The notes below the pieces were generated by a model. It did not search any database. It was not told the origin of the DNA and saw nothing but the letters and a program-made list of their open reading frames with translations. Positions 32,582-54,088 of a stretch of 64,000 nt of DNA are shown in pieces. How positions within the stretch are numbered: position 1 is the stretch's first letter; every line of letters starts with the position of its first letter. A program made the translations under genes and the position numbers. The stretch spans positions 62,001-126,000 of the forward strand of contig NIVC01000530.1 of NCBI GenBank assembly GCA_002269645.1, in the 5' to 3' direction. This DNA comes from Macrostomum lignano. Its lineage: Eukaryota.

Positions 32582-35016
32582 GAATTGTCCGAGTCCAGCC
32601 TGCCGGAGACGGAGCGGTCCAACCCGCTGACTACCGACATCGACCGCAGCCCGGACCCGGCCGGACTGCTGCACCAGGTCGATCAGCTGCTGCTGGCCGA
32701 CTTGCGCCAACAGGCTGTCCTGTTAGATGTCCAGCTCGACCGGCTGGCCGGCGTTATGGCCGACACTGTCGCTTCCGATGGCGTTGTCGTCCTGTCCGGC
32801 TGCGGCACCAGCGGCCGGCTGGCGACTCTGTGCTGCGCCGTGGCCAATCGGCAACTTCGACTGCGTCAATTGCCGGCCGCATTTCGGCCGTGCCTGGCCG
32901 GCGGTCAGTCGGCTTTCGCCGCGTCGGTCGAACCGGCCGAGGACGCCGCAGGAGAGGGCGTCGCGGAATTGCTTGCGTTGCTAGGGAACAAAGACAAAAG
33001 CAGCAAATCGCTTCTAGTCGGTGTCAGCTGTGGCCTGTCCGCCCCGTTCGTGCTCGGCCAGGTGGGCCTGTGCCTCGGCCGGCCAGACCTGGGCGCCTAT
33101 CCCGCTCTGATAGGCTTCAACCAAGTTGGCGACGTGCGCGCCGATCGAGTCGACGGACTGCCCTGGCCGGGCGGGTGTCGCGCGGTCGCTAAACGACTGG
33201 CGGAGGCCGACAATGTCGACCGGGGATTGCTAATTAATCCGTCGATTGGTGTGAGGGAAAAATCATTGAAAGTACTTTAGAAGTGCAGGTGTACTCAAGT
33301 TTAAAAAGTGAGATTTGTTGCACTTTTGCATAGGCCTGAAAATTCACTCTTAAAAAGTTTATATTGACACATGAAAGACCATAAAAAGTAGCTGATTACA
33401 CATTAATAAAAGTGCATCTAAACTTGAAGCTACGAGAGTCCTATAAGTGAAATTTTGTTATTCAAATGTCCCTTTAAATTTCAAATATCTGTTGCTTCTA
33501 TACAAAGGGCGTGTGCGCACTTATGCTATGGTTTATAAAAGTACACATGTAAAAGTACAATCTTTAGGATTTCGTCCTACCTACGAGTACAATCGTAATG
33601 TAAAATTTTTGCCTAGTTTTGTTAGTGCGCCTTCAAAAAAGCAAAGTACATTTGATTAGTACATCCGCATCCTCGCAGGCCGAGGCGATCGCAGGTTCGA
33701 GTCGGATGAAAGGCGGCACGGCCACTTTGATCCTGCTGTTCCAGGCTGTCGGCAGAATGCTGGCTAAACTGGAGCCGTCAGCTGATCACTCGGTTGCTAG
33801 GGGCTGGCTATCGATTTCTGAGCATTTGAACCTGCTGGACCGGCTTTTGGAATCTGTGAACGAAGGCGGCGCAGTTTTAAACGACTTGATAGCGCACTTT
33901 GGCGACAGTGTCGGCGTCAATGGTGACGGCGTTGTTTACGCTTTCGACAATGCCCTCAGCTCCGCCATGGCCGCCATCGACGCCTCCGAGTGTCCGCCAA
34001 CTTTCGGTGCCTCGGCCGGCGACGTTCGCGCAATTGGCGACAGTCACGTCGAAGAGTTTCTGGCCGCTATTCCATTGGTTGCTAGGGACGCAGCTATGGT
34101 TGCTAAGGAAGCTGAAACGTTAGCGACAGCTTCTAAGGACAAGATGATGGAAGCTATGAATACTGAGAAGGCGGTTGCTACGGACGCAGAGAAGTCTACG
34201 GACACTAAAGCATCAAAGACAATCGTCGACAGCTCTAAGAAGTCACAGCCGGTTGCTAAGGTCGCAGAGAAGTCTACGGACACTAAAGCATCAAAGCCAA
34301 TCGTCGACAGCTCTAAGAAGTCACAGCTGGTTGCTACGGACGCAGAGAAGTCTACGGACACTAAAGCATCAAAGCCAATCGTCGACAGCTCTAAGAAGTC
34401 ACAGCCGGTTGCTAAGGACGCAGAGAAGTCTACGGACACTAAAGCATCAAAACCAATCGTCGACAGCTCTAAGAAGTCACAGCCGGTTGCTAAGGACGCT
34501 GTCGGCTTTGCTCTGACGAGTCCAGCTCTCCGATTAGACATTCCAGCCCGAGTCAGCCGCAGCGTAGCCTTCCGGTTGCCTAGTAACCAGCTCAGCGCTA
34601 TCGTCTACAATGCCGATCTGACTTTGGATCTCTCCTGGCTACCAAACGATCCACTCTGGCTAGACTATGCCGTTGTCATAGCAACCAAGCTGACGCTTAA
34701 TCGCCTATCAACGGGTGGTTTCGTTCGAGCCGGCAAGACGTTCGGCAATCGGATGGTCTGCCTGCAGCCCTCCAACAGCAAGTTGGCCGACAGAGCGGCT
34801 CGGCTTGTCGCTTCCGCAGCTGGCGTGGGACTGACCGAAGCTCGCGCCGCTCTGACGAGGTTCGGCGAACCACCCGCTGGACAGATGTCATCTAAGACGG
34901 TGTCCCCGGTGGCTGGAGCGGTGCTGCTGCTTCGCCGACCCGAGCTGAGCGTCTCCGAGGCGCGCCAACTGTTGGCGGACTGCGGTGGGCGACTGAGCGA
35001 CCTGCTGGTCACTTGA
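32582..35016 (+). CDS. GCKR: Glucokinase regulatory protein-like (SIS/MurQ-related); start codon unresolved
   Basis: Exons 32582-33250 and 33679-35016 join in phase 0. LPETERSNPLTTDID, VLSGCGTSGR, AGG, GVSCGLSAPFV, INPSIG|AEAIAGSSRMKGGTAT and KLTLNRLSTG...GKTFGNRM..L..SNSKL..RA are colinear with vertebrate GCKR. Confidence 0.85.
34190..34501 (+). repeat. Four copies of a 78-bp (26-aa) coding tandem repeat in the GCKR-like exon 2
   Basis: EKSTDTKASKPIVDSSKKSQPVAKDA x4, frame-preserving. Confidence 0.9.
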
Positions 35017-35606
35017 GAGTCACGTGACTTTGACTGAGCAATTTGAACAAATTCTCTTTGAATCATTCCGTGAATGAGCTTAGAATTATTTGGCGATTTC
35101 CCGGTCAATTTATTGCGCCTAATCACGGTAACAATTTTACAAGTTTTAGTAATTTTTTACTAACAGACTTTTGATTTTACTTTATTTGAACACCATTTTA
35201 GATTGAAAATGAATATAACAGCAATCGGTGCAAACTGATTTTATTTGCATAAATTTTTTCGATATTATTTTTACTTTTAAATAATTATCAACCCTTAGAT
35301 TAAGTGTCCATCATACATTTCATAAGTGAAAACTATGAAATCATTTTGAAGCACATTTGCGCGTCAGCTACTGCTAGTAGAAATATAGACATTTTATAGT
35401 ATTTTTACTGCCAGGACTATAAAACATTTGTTCGAAGTTGTGGCAATTTGCGCATTAGGATTAGGATCCAGTATCCTTATATTTAGGCTTGCTAGATTTG
35501 ACATTTCCCACATTTCCCAGCTAATGCAAATCTGCAGTATTCGGAATTTCACTCCCAATTGGTGCTTAAAAAGCGCTGGTGCGGCGTGCACTCGCCGCGT
35601 CAGCCA

Positions 35607-44746
<9,140 letters not shown>

Positions 44747-44819
44747 ACTGCGCCTCGGGCTGCTGCTGCTTTGCTACTGTGACATGGGATCGAAGCCTTC
44801 TTATCTCCAATAAGGAGAG

Positions 44820-45860
44820 GTGCCACTCTCCCCTGGGCCACTCTCTCTCTCCCTGTGCCACTCTCTCTCCCCCTGTGCCACTCTCTCCCCCTGTGCCACT
44901 CTCTCTCCCTGTGCCACTCTCTCTCTCCCTGTGCCACTCTCCCCTGTGCCACTCTCTCTCCCCTGTGCCACTCTCCCCTGTGCCGCTCTCCCCTGTGCCG
45001 CTCTCCCCTGTGCCACTCTCTCTCCCCTGTGCCACTCTCCCCTGTGCCACTCTCCGCTGTGCCACTCTCCCCTGTGCCACTCTCCCCTGTGCTACTCTCC
45101 CCTGTGCCACTCTCCCCTGTGCCACTCTCCCCTGTGCCACTCTCCCCTGTGCCGCTCTCCCTTGTGCCACTCTCCCCTGTGCCACTCTCCCCTGTGCCGC
45201 TCTCCCCTGTGCCACTCTCTCTCCCCTGTGCCACTCTCCCCTGTGCCACTCTCCGCTGTGCCACTCTCCCCTGTGCCACTCTCCCCTGTGCTACTCTCCC
45301 CTGTGCCACTCTCCCCTGTGCCACTCTCTCTCTCCCTGTGCCACTCTCCCCTGTGCCACTCTCTCTCCCCTGTGCCACTCTCCCCTGTGCCGCTCTCCCC
45401 TGTGCCGCTCTCCCCTGTGCCACTCTCTCTCCCCTGTGCCACTCTCCCCTGTGCCACTCTCCGCTGTGCCACTCTCCCCTGTGCCACTCTCCCCTGTGCT
45501 ACTCTCCCCTGTGCCACTCTCCCCTGTGCCACTCTCCCCTGTGCCACTCTCCTCTGTGCCACTCTCCCCTGTGCCACTCTCCCCTGTGCCACTCTCCCCT
45601 GTGCCACTCTCTCTCCCCTGTGCCACTCTCCCCTGTGCCACTCTCCCCTGTGCCACTCTCTCTCCCCCTATGCCACTCTCCCCTGTGCCACTCTCCCCTG
45701 TGTCACTCCCCTGTGCCACTCTCCCCTGTGCCACTCTCTCTCCCCTGTGCCACTCTCCCCTGTGCCACTCTCCCCTGTGCCACTCTCCCCTGTGCCACTC
45801 TCCCCTGTGCCACTCTCCCCTGTACCACTCTCTCTCCCCTGTGCCACTCTCCCCTGTGCC
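44820..45860. repeat. 15-bp minisatellite (CTCTCCCCTGTGCCA)n just after the TERT stop
   Basis: Direct reading. Confidence 0.95.
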
Positions 45861-46323
45861 ACTCTTCTTCAAATAATTGAATTACATGTCTGTGTAACTT
45901 ATTTTTTGCAATAAGCTTTTTGCATTTCTTTTCAATTATCTTGTATACCAAACGACTCGAAACTGTTTTTATTACAGTTTTACAACATTCATTCTATCGC
46001 ATTTGACTACTTTGCAGTAGTAATGTAATTATTTCATTCGAAAACTTATTGCACTTTTTTCGAACGAAATTCGACTATTTTTATTGTGGCTTTTGAATGA
46101 GCTGTTAAACTTTTTATCACCCTTAATAATAAAACAGACTACTTTTTAATTTAGCTACTTTTCCTTAGTAGTATGATGTGCAAATCCTTAATTTTTACAG
46201 ATTTTAATTTAAAATTTAGTCATTAAAAATGCTAAAAGAATTTCGATAAAAAAGTATTCTATCGGTACTGCATTGGGTTATAAACTCTTGAAGGTAGTCT
46301 ATTTTATTAATAGCCTAGGCCTA

Positions 46324-46597
46324 GGAGGTTGTAACCTAGTGGTTAGAGCGTCGGTCTCATGACTTGAACGTCGGAGGTTCGTTTCCCGATCTCACTTGGA
46401 ACAATTTGTGTCCTTGAGCAGGACGCTTAACTCTGCATTGCTTCAGTTCACCCAGCCGTAAAATGGGTGCCAGCATTAGCTGGGGTAATTGGGGTGTGTG
46501 TGGCGACCCCCCCCCCAGCCTTCAGATGCACCGCGCAATAGCTGCGGCTGAGCTGTCGGTTGCAAACCTGGCCCAATCATATTTTATTATTATTATT
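46324..46597 (+). mobile_element. tRNA-derived SINE with a CORE/Meta-like central domain
   Basis: A box TAGTGGTTAGAGCG, B box GGTTCGTTTCCC, TGTGTCCTTGAGCAGGACGCTTAAC...GTAAAATGGG, and an (ATT)n tail; a second copy lies at 54614-54893. Confidence 0.8.
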
Positions 46598-46798
46598 CCT
46601 GGGAGTACTTACTTACTTTTGTTACATTTCTGATACACTCCTATCTAGTTTAACATAATTTGTTCACGCATTCAGAACCAAACTTTAGAAACTAAAGATT
46701 GCTGAAAACTACTTACTAAGTAGTTTAAAAGCATATTTAGCGACAACTCCCTGAAGTGTTAATTATTCGAATAGTAGCAAATGTTAAATATGCAATAA

Positions 46799-49700
46799 TC
46801 AGTTGGTCATCTGTTCATTACTCTGCAGCAGCTGGTTTAAATCGGTGCATATCTCTCCAGCTAATCCCGTGAGTTGGTCTCCATTCGAACCGTTCTTAAT
46901 AGGGCCGACTTCAATTGCAGACTTGAGCCTGTAGTAGACCAGAGCCTTCCCTAGCAGCGTCCTTGATAGGCTGGTCAGCGGCTCGCTCTCTCCTCGGGCC
47001 GCTGTTAGCTCGAATAAATCAATCAGCTGACGAGTGACAGACGGCATGGGGTCCACCAGAACCTGGGCTAGTCTGGCCGCATCTGAGAACACTGGCACCA
47101 CGCTGGCCCCTGTGCTGGTGGAAGCCCGACTGCGCAGAGCTCGAAGGCCTTCAAGGAATCGCTCTTCGGCGTTGCGCGCTTCGAATGCGTCAGACAGGTC
47201 GTTGACGAATTTCGAAGTCACCTGACGGGCGGCCCAGCCGGAGCAGTTGGAGATTGCGGACTGCCGCGGTTCGGTGCGATGCCCGCTGCAATTGGGGGCG
47301 GAGGGGTCAGATAGACTGCTGACGGCTGCTGTTTATTAGCCTGCGGAACTACCAAGCCTTCCTGATCCCCATCTGGCTCCTCTGACTCCCCTGTGACCCC
47401 TGCTGACCCCCATATGGCTCCTCTGACTCCCCTATGACCCCTCCTGACCCCCATCTGGCTCCTCTGACTCCCCTATGACCCCTACTGACCCCAAATCTGG
47501 CTCCTCTGACTCCCCTATGACCCCTCCTGACCCCCATCTGGCTCCTCTGACTCCCCTATGACCCCTACTGACCCCAAATCTGGCTCCTTGGACTCCCCTA
47601 TGACCCCTACTGACCCCATCTGGCTCCTCAAACTCTCTTATGACCCCTCCTGACCCCATCTGGCTCCTCTGACTCCTCTATGACCCCTACTGATCCCCCA
47701 TCTGGCTCCTCAGACTCTCTTATGACCCCTGCTGACCCCATCTGGCTCCTCTGACTCCTCTATGACCCCTACTGACCCCCATCTGGCTCCTCTGACTCCT
47801 CTATGACCCCTACTGACCCCCATCTGGCTCCTCTGACTCCTCTATGACCCCTACTGACCCACATCTGGCTCCTCTGACTCGCCTATGACCCCTACTGACC
47901 CCAAATCTGGCTCCTTGGACTCTCTTATGACCCCATCTGGCTTCTTTGGCCCCCATATGGCTCCTCTGACTCCCCTATGACCCCTCCTGACCCCCATCTG
48001 GCTCCTCTGACTCCCCTATGACCCCTACTGACCCCATCTGGCTCCTCTGACTCCCCTATGACCCCTCCTGACCCCCATCTGGCTTCTCTGACTCCTCTAT
48101 GACCACTTCTGACCCCTATCAACATATCAACATCAGGTTCCTCTGACCCCCTCTTAATCCCATCTCGCTCCTCTAACTCCCCTATAATCTCTCCTGGCCC
48201 CTATCTCGCTCCTCGCTTCCTCTTTCAAGTGCACAATCCGCAATAATCAATTCATGCCATACCTGCCGCAGTCCTTGGCCAGCCAGTCGCCCAAATCCAT
48301 CACGAACTTCAGCTGTCGAACCAATCGCTTGACGGGGCCATCTTTCAATCCGGAATCGAGCTGGTTAAGTACGTGAGCCTCTTCTGCTGCTAGACAGACC
48401 AGTTTGAGCCGACTCAAGCCAAATAGTAGGTGTCCATGAAGTGCGCAGGTGTCTGACTGATGAAGCATATCGTCTTCCTGGCTCGGCTGCTGCTTGATGA
48501 CCACTGGCAAGCCGAACCTCAGATTGACTGTCACCAGTTTCTGATTCATTGTCGGTTCCGCAGTCTCCCTGGCGGATTGCCACTTGAATTTGAACTGTAC
48601 ACACTTCGGCCTGGCGTTGTCGGTGGAATCTCTGCCAGCGTCAGCTTGGGGTGGCAGCAGCAGCTTCAGGCTCGAATGATTGAAGCCGTTCAACAGGTCA
48701 GCTGCTCGCTGAAGTACGGCTCTTTCAATCGTCGAGATGCAGGCCTTTGGAGGGAAGGACCAGGAAGGTTTTTGATTTGACACCGCGGATTTCACTGCTG
48801 ACGCGTGGTTTGTATTTTTTGTTTTATCACTGTCTTGAAGGAGCTTTGGCACCCTTATTGCAGGAGCTTTGGCACCTTGCAGGAGCTTTGGCACCCTTAT
48901 TGCAGGAGCTTTGGCACCTTGCAGGAGCTTTGGCACCTTGCCGGAGCTTTGGCACCCTTATTGCAGGAGCTTTGGCACCTTGCCGGAGCTTTGGCACCCT
49001 TATTGCAGGAGCTTTGGCACCCTTATTGCAGGAGCTTTGGCACCCTTATTGCAGGAGCTTTGGCACCCTTATTGCAGGAGCTTTGGCACCCTTATTGCAG
49101 GAGCTTTGACAACCCTATGAACCTTAAAGTTAGCATTTCTTTGTTACATACCTGATGCACACTGGTCTCAAAGTCGGTCATCTCCGCGGCGTCACCAGCG
49201 CCAGTTGTCGATCCTCTATCGACGGCCAACACGTTGGAACCTTGCGCCCTGGGCCTCAGTCCGCAGAGGCACAACCGATTCGTGCTGCGCCACTGCGGCA
49301 GGCAGAAGACAAAATCCATCATCGAGCAAGCAGTGCCATCAGCTTTCAAGAAGTCTTCAGACGCTTTGGCTTCAGAGTCCAGCACTATCAGAGCGCTGCC
49401 ATCAGCCCAGCTGCCAATCAGCTCAACGTTGGCGCCGGAAAATACTGCTGGCAGCTCAACTGACAGGCAACGCGTCAAGCTGTCCAAAAACTCGCGAACA
49501 TCGTCTAATAGTTGGTGTCTCAACTTTGCTTCCAGCCTGACCGTCTGGTTGTCATTGTCGAATGGCGAGGCGATCCGGGAACTGAGCCAGGCGTACGTTG
49601 GACTCTGATGCGTCAGCAGTCGGGCAGTCATTCGCGCTCGCTCGACTATGCTCAGCTGAGCTGTAGCTACAGGATTCTTGACAAGCAGCTCGTCCTGACG

Positions 49701-49973
49701 CAGCAGCCAGACTAGAGTGGATGACGCATCGCTGTTGCAAACTGAACAGGCTTGTCGTCCAATGCCAGTCTGGGCGAATCTTTGCAAACGATGGTGAAGT
49801 TCAGCCACCTGATGCCAACTGTTGCCGCTCAGGTTTTCTTCTCTGTTGGCTTCAATTTCTGCTGCTTCGGATGAACTGTCGCTTTCCCGATGACCTTTAT
49901 TGTCCTTGTCACTAACTGCCGTTTGAGGTGCGTCAAGCTCAGAGACGCGATCGGACTGTTGTATTTCGGTCAT
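46799..49973 (-). CDS. Putative Mab-21/cGAS-like nucleotidyltransferase-fold protein, three exons (tentative)
   Basis: Exons 49973-49152, 48744-48263 and about 47318-46799 are frame-compatible. LIGSWADG...MMDFVF resembles hGS..EG...DxDh, and AEEAHVLNQL...VKRLVRQLKFV resembles the Mab-21 E..L...LK helix. The family call rests on motif resemblance only. Confidence 0.45.
47360..48200. repeat. About 40-bp minisatellite (GACCCCATCTGGCTCCTCTGACTCCCCTATGACCCCTACT-like), intronic
   Basis: Direct reading. Confidence 0.9.
48838..49108. repeat. 19/23-bp minisatellite (GGAGCTTTGGCACCCTTATTGCA), intronic
   Basis: Direct reading. Confidence 0.92.
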
Positions 49974-50853
49974 TCTGTGCTAATTTCCGGGTTGTAAAAT
50001 CGGCTTCTAGCTTGGATTAATTATCAAATAATTAGTAATTTGCTTTGCGTTGCAGCCGCTATCAAACTTAGTAGTTTACAGGCTTGCTTGGTCGTTCTAT
50101 TATTCTAGGTACAGCGTATTTTAACCGCTGAAACACAGTGTTGTTTCGGGGGGGGGGGGTTATATTATCTTTCAACTTAAGCTTTATTTTACTGCAATAC
50201 AATTGAATGTAGTGTGTGGGCTTTCAATATATCGCAGCTCGCGAGACTGGCTGCCTCGATCTACTCTCGCATCACAATTGGAGAGGCCAGCTGAATGCAG
50301 TATTATAAGTGTGCGGTGACCTGCTTACATCACTCCTACTTTGTGTCTGTTGGGGGGTTAATTAAGAAAGGTCAGTGAAGGCAATTGAGCTTGAGTTTGG
50401 AAAACTGCATCCAACCTGAGTGCAGTTTGCGTTCCAGAGATTGCTTAAAGAATTGGTCACAGTGGAAAAGCAGCTTCGCTTGTTCAGCTCTGAGTACAAT
50501 AACACAAACTTACTGCAACGCTCTGGACTGAATATATTTTCCATTAAAATTGTACTGAAACGAGTAGATATATCAGATACGGAAACACAGGTCTGACAGT
50601 TGATTTATAAGCCCTCCTAAACAGTAGCATTTTGAACATTTCGTGCCCTTGCATTTTTTCATTGTAAATTCCCCTGCCTGAGATAATTAAGTACTGTGTG
50701 TAGCAGCTTCAAGCCAAAAATAAGAAATAAATAAGTTATGCGCAAATAATACTACTGGCGAAGCAAATTTCATTCTTCCTACGAAAACGCAGTTTTGAGA
50801 AATAAGCATTACATATTTTGATAGACCAAGTCTTTGGCAACAACTTAAACTTC

Positions 50854-51000
50854 AGCTTTGCGCAGTGGCAGTACCGTAACCAATGAGGTTTACCCGAGGT
50901 GCGGTTATTGCTAGTTGAAAACTATACCCAATACCCCGCACAGGATGCGTGAAATACCGTAGCCTAGTGCAATATTTGAGGCTATCAGTTGTTAAAGATA
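50854..51000 (+). ncRNA. U4: U4 spliceosomal snRNA
   Basis: AGCTTTGCGCAGTGGCAGTACCGTAACCAATGAGGTTTACCCGAGGTGCGGTTATTGCTAGTTGAAAAC is colinear with metazoan U4, with compensatory pairs in the 5' stem-loop (ACCG/CGGT, ACC/GGT) and a central stem GCAC-AGG/CCT-GTGC. The Sm site reads AATATTTG. The 3' end is approximate. Confidence 0.88.
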
Positions 51001-52993
51001 TGATTCGACAATTCGTCTAATCTTTTAACAGCGCAGCCGTTTGGCTCACCGTGCTGCTGAGGGAATGACGATCTGCATCTGTAGATTAGTAATAAGGACA
51101 TTTACATTCACCCATTCACCAATGCGATGTTGTCCCTTGCCTTGGTTATGGACTACATCGTGTGAAAATTTTGGCAAGCGCGCAATAACTAGAAATTCCT
51201 TGAAGATCGGGCCTGTATATTGTGAAAATAACTTGGTCTGTAAACGGTGAAGTATTAAGCGTACAGCTAGTAATGATTTCATCCAGCGATTCTTGGAATA
51301 CCTTGTGCATTACAATGCAATCCTGACCCAGGGGCCAGGTCCCATCCCAACGGCATGGGACGGAATAAAAACACGAATTAATGTAAACCAAAAAAGGAAG
51401 TTACACTTTTTACAAGTCAAAGGAATATTTTGTCTAAAAGCCAAATTCGAACCTTACATCAAACGAATACACAAAAACAGATGTAAATGTTATTAAAATA
51501 GTTTTTATAAATCAGATAAGTTTCGTTGTTAAAACTGGAGGCTAATCCGGAATACATTTGAATGCTCGCTTATCGTTCTCTTCGCGAACTATCGGCGCGG
51601 CGCGCTCTAAACAACCCAAATACTGACAGATCGACAGAATAAAATATTATATTAGTTAGACTAGAGATATACTTTATCGTATTCACGTTAATCTAATCTA
51701 AAGTGTGGATAGAAATTACACAGACAGGGTAAAGATGGTAGAGATTTAGTATAGTATGTCTGGACTGGGGACTGGATAAATACATGATCTGAGATTTTAC
51801 TTCTGCCCACTTCCAATCCAATCGAATTCCACGTGACATGTGCAAATGGCAGTGCCGAGCCAAGCGCAGTATATTTCTACTTTAAATTAGCCAGATAGGA
51901 ATAACTTTGCCCCCATTAAGTTATACAGTTAATCTTAAGATTACCAAACATTTTATATACTTTGGCCTATTAATACTTACACACACTCACACAGATCCAA
52001 ATTTAGTTTTTGAGCAAATGCATGACACGTTGATAGATGGATCCTCGAGTTCTGAATTGCAATAGAACTTTTTTAGCTTTAAAGGTATAAAACAGCATCT
52101 TGTTCCTGTTGTCACTAAAATTATTGGTCACTGAAATGGCCTAGACATTAGGTCTAAGTCTAAGGAATAGGCCTGGGCCTAGCTCAAGTTTTTTCTTTAA
52201 TTAAGAGGGCAGTCCCTGTCTGGCTGTCCGGTGTAAGACCAAGATGGCCACAACATTGAATATATTTGGCTCTGCTCTCTTTTTATCATTAATTAGCAAC
52301 ATAGTAGCTATTGTTATATTAATTATTATGTTTAATCAATCATATTCATAAATACTAATGCAATAATAGATTTGAAACTAATTAATTACCTATAATACAA
52401 AAACTTTTATCTTTTTCACTGTTTAGCCTATGCCAATTTATTCTTTATCGTTACATCTATTAAATCTATCACTATCTATTTATTAAGAAACCATTGCTTC
52501 TAGTAATGCTATACAAAAATTAAGATAAATATGCAATAAGGCAAGGTATTTATTTTGGTAATTGGTAATGCCAATGGGTGAATAAATATCTATAAATTAG
52601 GGCCTAAGCTATTATTATAAAAGCTAAAGTCAAAGGAATAACAATAACTAAGGCCTAGGGGCCTAATATTATACAATTTCAATATAGTATCTTTTTAGTA
52701 GGCCTATCTATTTCTCTAATTATTACCAATAATGAATAGGAAATAAGTGTAATATATAGACCTAGACCTAGGCTTATTATTATCTATTTAGACACTTAGA
52801 CTCAGAGCTATAGCCTATAGTTATCTTGGTGTGTGGCCATCTTGGTGTGGCCATCTTGGTCATTCGCCGGCTGTCCCACCCAAGGCCTATTACTTTTTAT
52901 TAGGACCTATAGGCATAGCTATATTTCTTGTTCTAATAATCTAAATATCTTATATAATTTTATAGCAGCACTATAGTAGGCCTAGCAACCCTG

Positions 52994-53264
52994 ATTGCAG
53001 CGCATGGGCATTTTGGCGGACGGCGTCCGGCGCGGATCTAATATGGCGCGGCGCGGCGCGTATGGCGCGCGGCGATTAGTACGGCGCGGCGCGGTACTAA
53101 TTAGATGCCGAGGCATTTAGGCTTGATAAGACAGTCATAGTTACTCCTGCCGTTTACCCAAAACTGCGTTAATTTTGCTTTAGGGTTTCTTTCACAGGTA
53201 AGTCATTTCACAGCGTGGCGCAGGTTGTGTAGGCGTCTGGCGTACTTAAGCCATGCGCTGCAAT
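52994..53264. mobile_element. MITE-like unit carrying a 28S rRNA fragment
   Basis: Perfect 14-bp inverted repeat ATTGCAGCGCATGG (52994-53007 and 53251-53264), flanked by a direct repeat TAGGCCTAGCAAC (52977-52989 and 53264-53276); GGCGC-rich interior. Confidence 0.55.
53096..53159 (-). other. Dispersed 28S rRNA fragment (helix 68-71 region, R2/I-PpoI target)
   Basis: About 54/64 ungapped identity, by hand, to the reverse complement of GGGTAAACGGCGGGAGTAACTATGACTCTCTTAAGGTAGCCAAATGCCTCGTCATCTAATTAGT (recalled sequence). It is not an rRNA gene. Confidence 0.85.
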
Positions 53265-53912
53265 AGGCCTAGCAACTCTTATAATCATAATAATTTTTAA
53301 AAATTAATAACAAAAACAAGTTATGAGCAAAAATATAATACTATAAGAGGCTAGAGAAAGAGTTTTTTGTTTTTATATTTAAAAATAATTTAGAGTAGAA
53401 AACTGGAATAGAAGATTGCTAGTCTTAAAGGCTCATTCACACTGCAATCAAATAAAAGACCAAATCACACAGCTTGTTTGACCACATAAAATTTCTATTT
53501 TTTGTAGAAATTGAAAACATCACTTGAAAAACTTAGCAAACTTAAAAATTTTCAAATTCAGCAACAAAAGTTAATAATGCAAAGGTCAGTTAATTAACTA
53601 AAATGTTATAAATTAGTCGCTTACCTCTTACATAGCATCCTAAGTTCCACAACACACAAAACTAAACTCAAGCCATTCTATTTCAATTTTCAATGATTTG
53701 GTCTTTGTCTAGTTTGACTGTTGCTTCAAAATTGATTATTCAATATACCAGTTAGGTTATTAACTATTTTATTATTTTCTATCACATGAGCCAGGGGTCA
53801 GCAAACTCTGGCTAGATTCAATTTGAATTCAAGATTGTTTGTTTCAAAGAACAAAACAGTTTTCTCAAATTTGCTGAAAATATGTACAATTCAGGCTTTC
53901 TTGTACAATAAA

Positions 53913-54088
53913 TTGGAAAACTTGTATTATCCTCCTCTAAACCCTAGCTTAGTCATTCTAGGCTAGGCCTAGATTCTAGGCTAGGGTTTAGAGGCCTAGC
54001 CTAATCTAGGCCTAGCCTAGCCTAGAATCTAGGCCTAGCCTAGAATGACTAAGCTAGGGTTTAGAGGAGGATAATACAAGTTTTCCAA
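53913..54088. repeat. Perfect 73-bp inverted repeat with a 30-bp spacer
   Basis: 53913-53985 is the exact reverse complement of 54016-54088; a diverged third arm lies at about 54246-54302. Confidence 0.92.

Noticed and set aside
46324-46400. tRNA gene
   Set aside because: A and B boxes are present, but there is no closed cloverleaf and the sequence continues into a SINE body shared with 54614-54893.
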